Notes under the pieces: model-generated
What the model saw: the letters and a program-made list of their open reading frames with translations, nothing else
What the model was told of the DNA's origin: nothing
Database searches by the model: none
Part shown: one piece after another, positions 63,585 to 64,000 of the stretch
Numbering within the stretch: position 1 is the first letter of the stretch
Layout: each line of letters begins with the position of its first letter
Assembly: GCF_003704095.1 (NCBI RefSeq)
Contig: NW_020844929.1
Location: 62,001-126,000, forward strand
Length of the DNA stretch: 64,000 nucleotides
Direction: 5' to 3'
From: Pocillopora damicornis
Taxonomy: Eukaryota
Program-made: the position numbers and the translations under genes

Positions 63585-64000
63585 GTGAGTTAAATCAATG
63601 CTTAAATTCCATGCTTATCCTCTCGCTCTAAGTTGTGATGTACACTCTTTTTTATCAGAACGTCTAATTTGGGGCTTAGACTGCACGTTCTTCGTCTTCT
63701 TCTTCTTTTTTTTTTCTTGGCGACTTGAGCGAGAAAACGTTCTCAACCTATTCTTAAAGTTGTGTGGTACATAACGTATTTCAATAAATCGACGGATTTG
63801 TTCTTCAATGTACCGTGCAATAAGAAAACAACATTGTTAATTAATATAGAGCAAAATGTCCCTAAGTATTTGAGTTAATGGTCCTGTTAGATCACAGATT
63901 TACGTTTCGTTTACATTTATGTATACTTCTCGCAAAAAAAAAAGAGAATGGGCAAATAAATACCTTCTTAACCCTTTAATTCCCAAGATCTGATTGTTAA

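Noticed and set aside
1-64000. CRISPR arrays or prokaryotic operons
   Set aside because: No repeat-spacer periodicity; the sequence is eukaryotic with spliceosomal introns.

Overview
AT-rich eukaryotic (animal) genomic DNA with GT-AG introns. The repeat content suggests a scleractinian coral, possibly Pocillopora-like (inference). Recognisable genes: an RBM24/RBM38-type RRM gene (-, 2 exons), an F-box/LRR gene (-, 2 exons) head-to-head with RPL32 (+, 3 coding exons plus a 5'TOP exon), and the 5' part of an atypical DUSP14/18/21-like phosphatase. Two RPL32 introns each carry an H/ACA snoRNA whose guide pockets match the SNORA21/snR10 targets in 28S rRNA. The main unexplained structure is a ~40 kb array (13.4-53.8 kb) of eight single-coding-exon genes. 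They encode basic, Ser/Arg-rich, probably disordered proteins that are otherwise very divergent, but all end in the same ungapped helical motif [IV]-x6-[YFV]-x5-K-x3-L-x2-W-[LIM]-x2-Q. Two further genes of similar composition (3.5 kb and 24 kb) share a CCDC190-like N-terminal coiled coil instead. The proteins carry many RRxS/LxRxxS/RxxSxP, LPx[IV] and some RVxF motifs, and the 39.6-50.4 kb part is enriched in E-boxes and PAR-bZIP D-boxes. Penelope-type minimal hammerhead-ribozyme repeats occur, one inserted in sense just after the stop codon of one paralogue. MITEs, a LINE remnant, local tandem duplications and a 10-N gap are also present.
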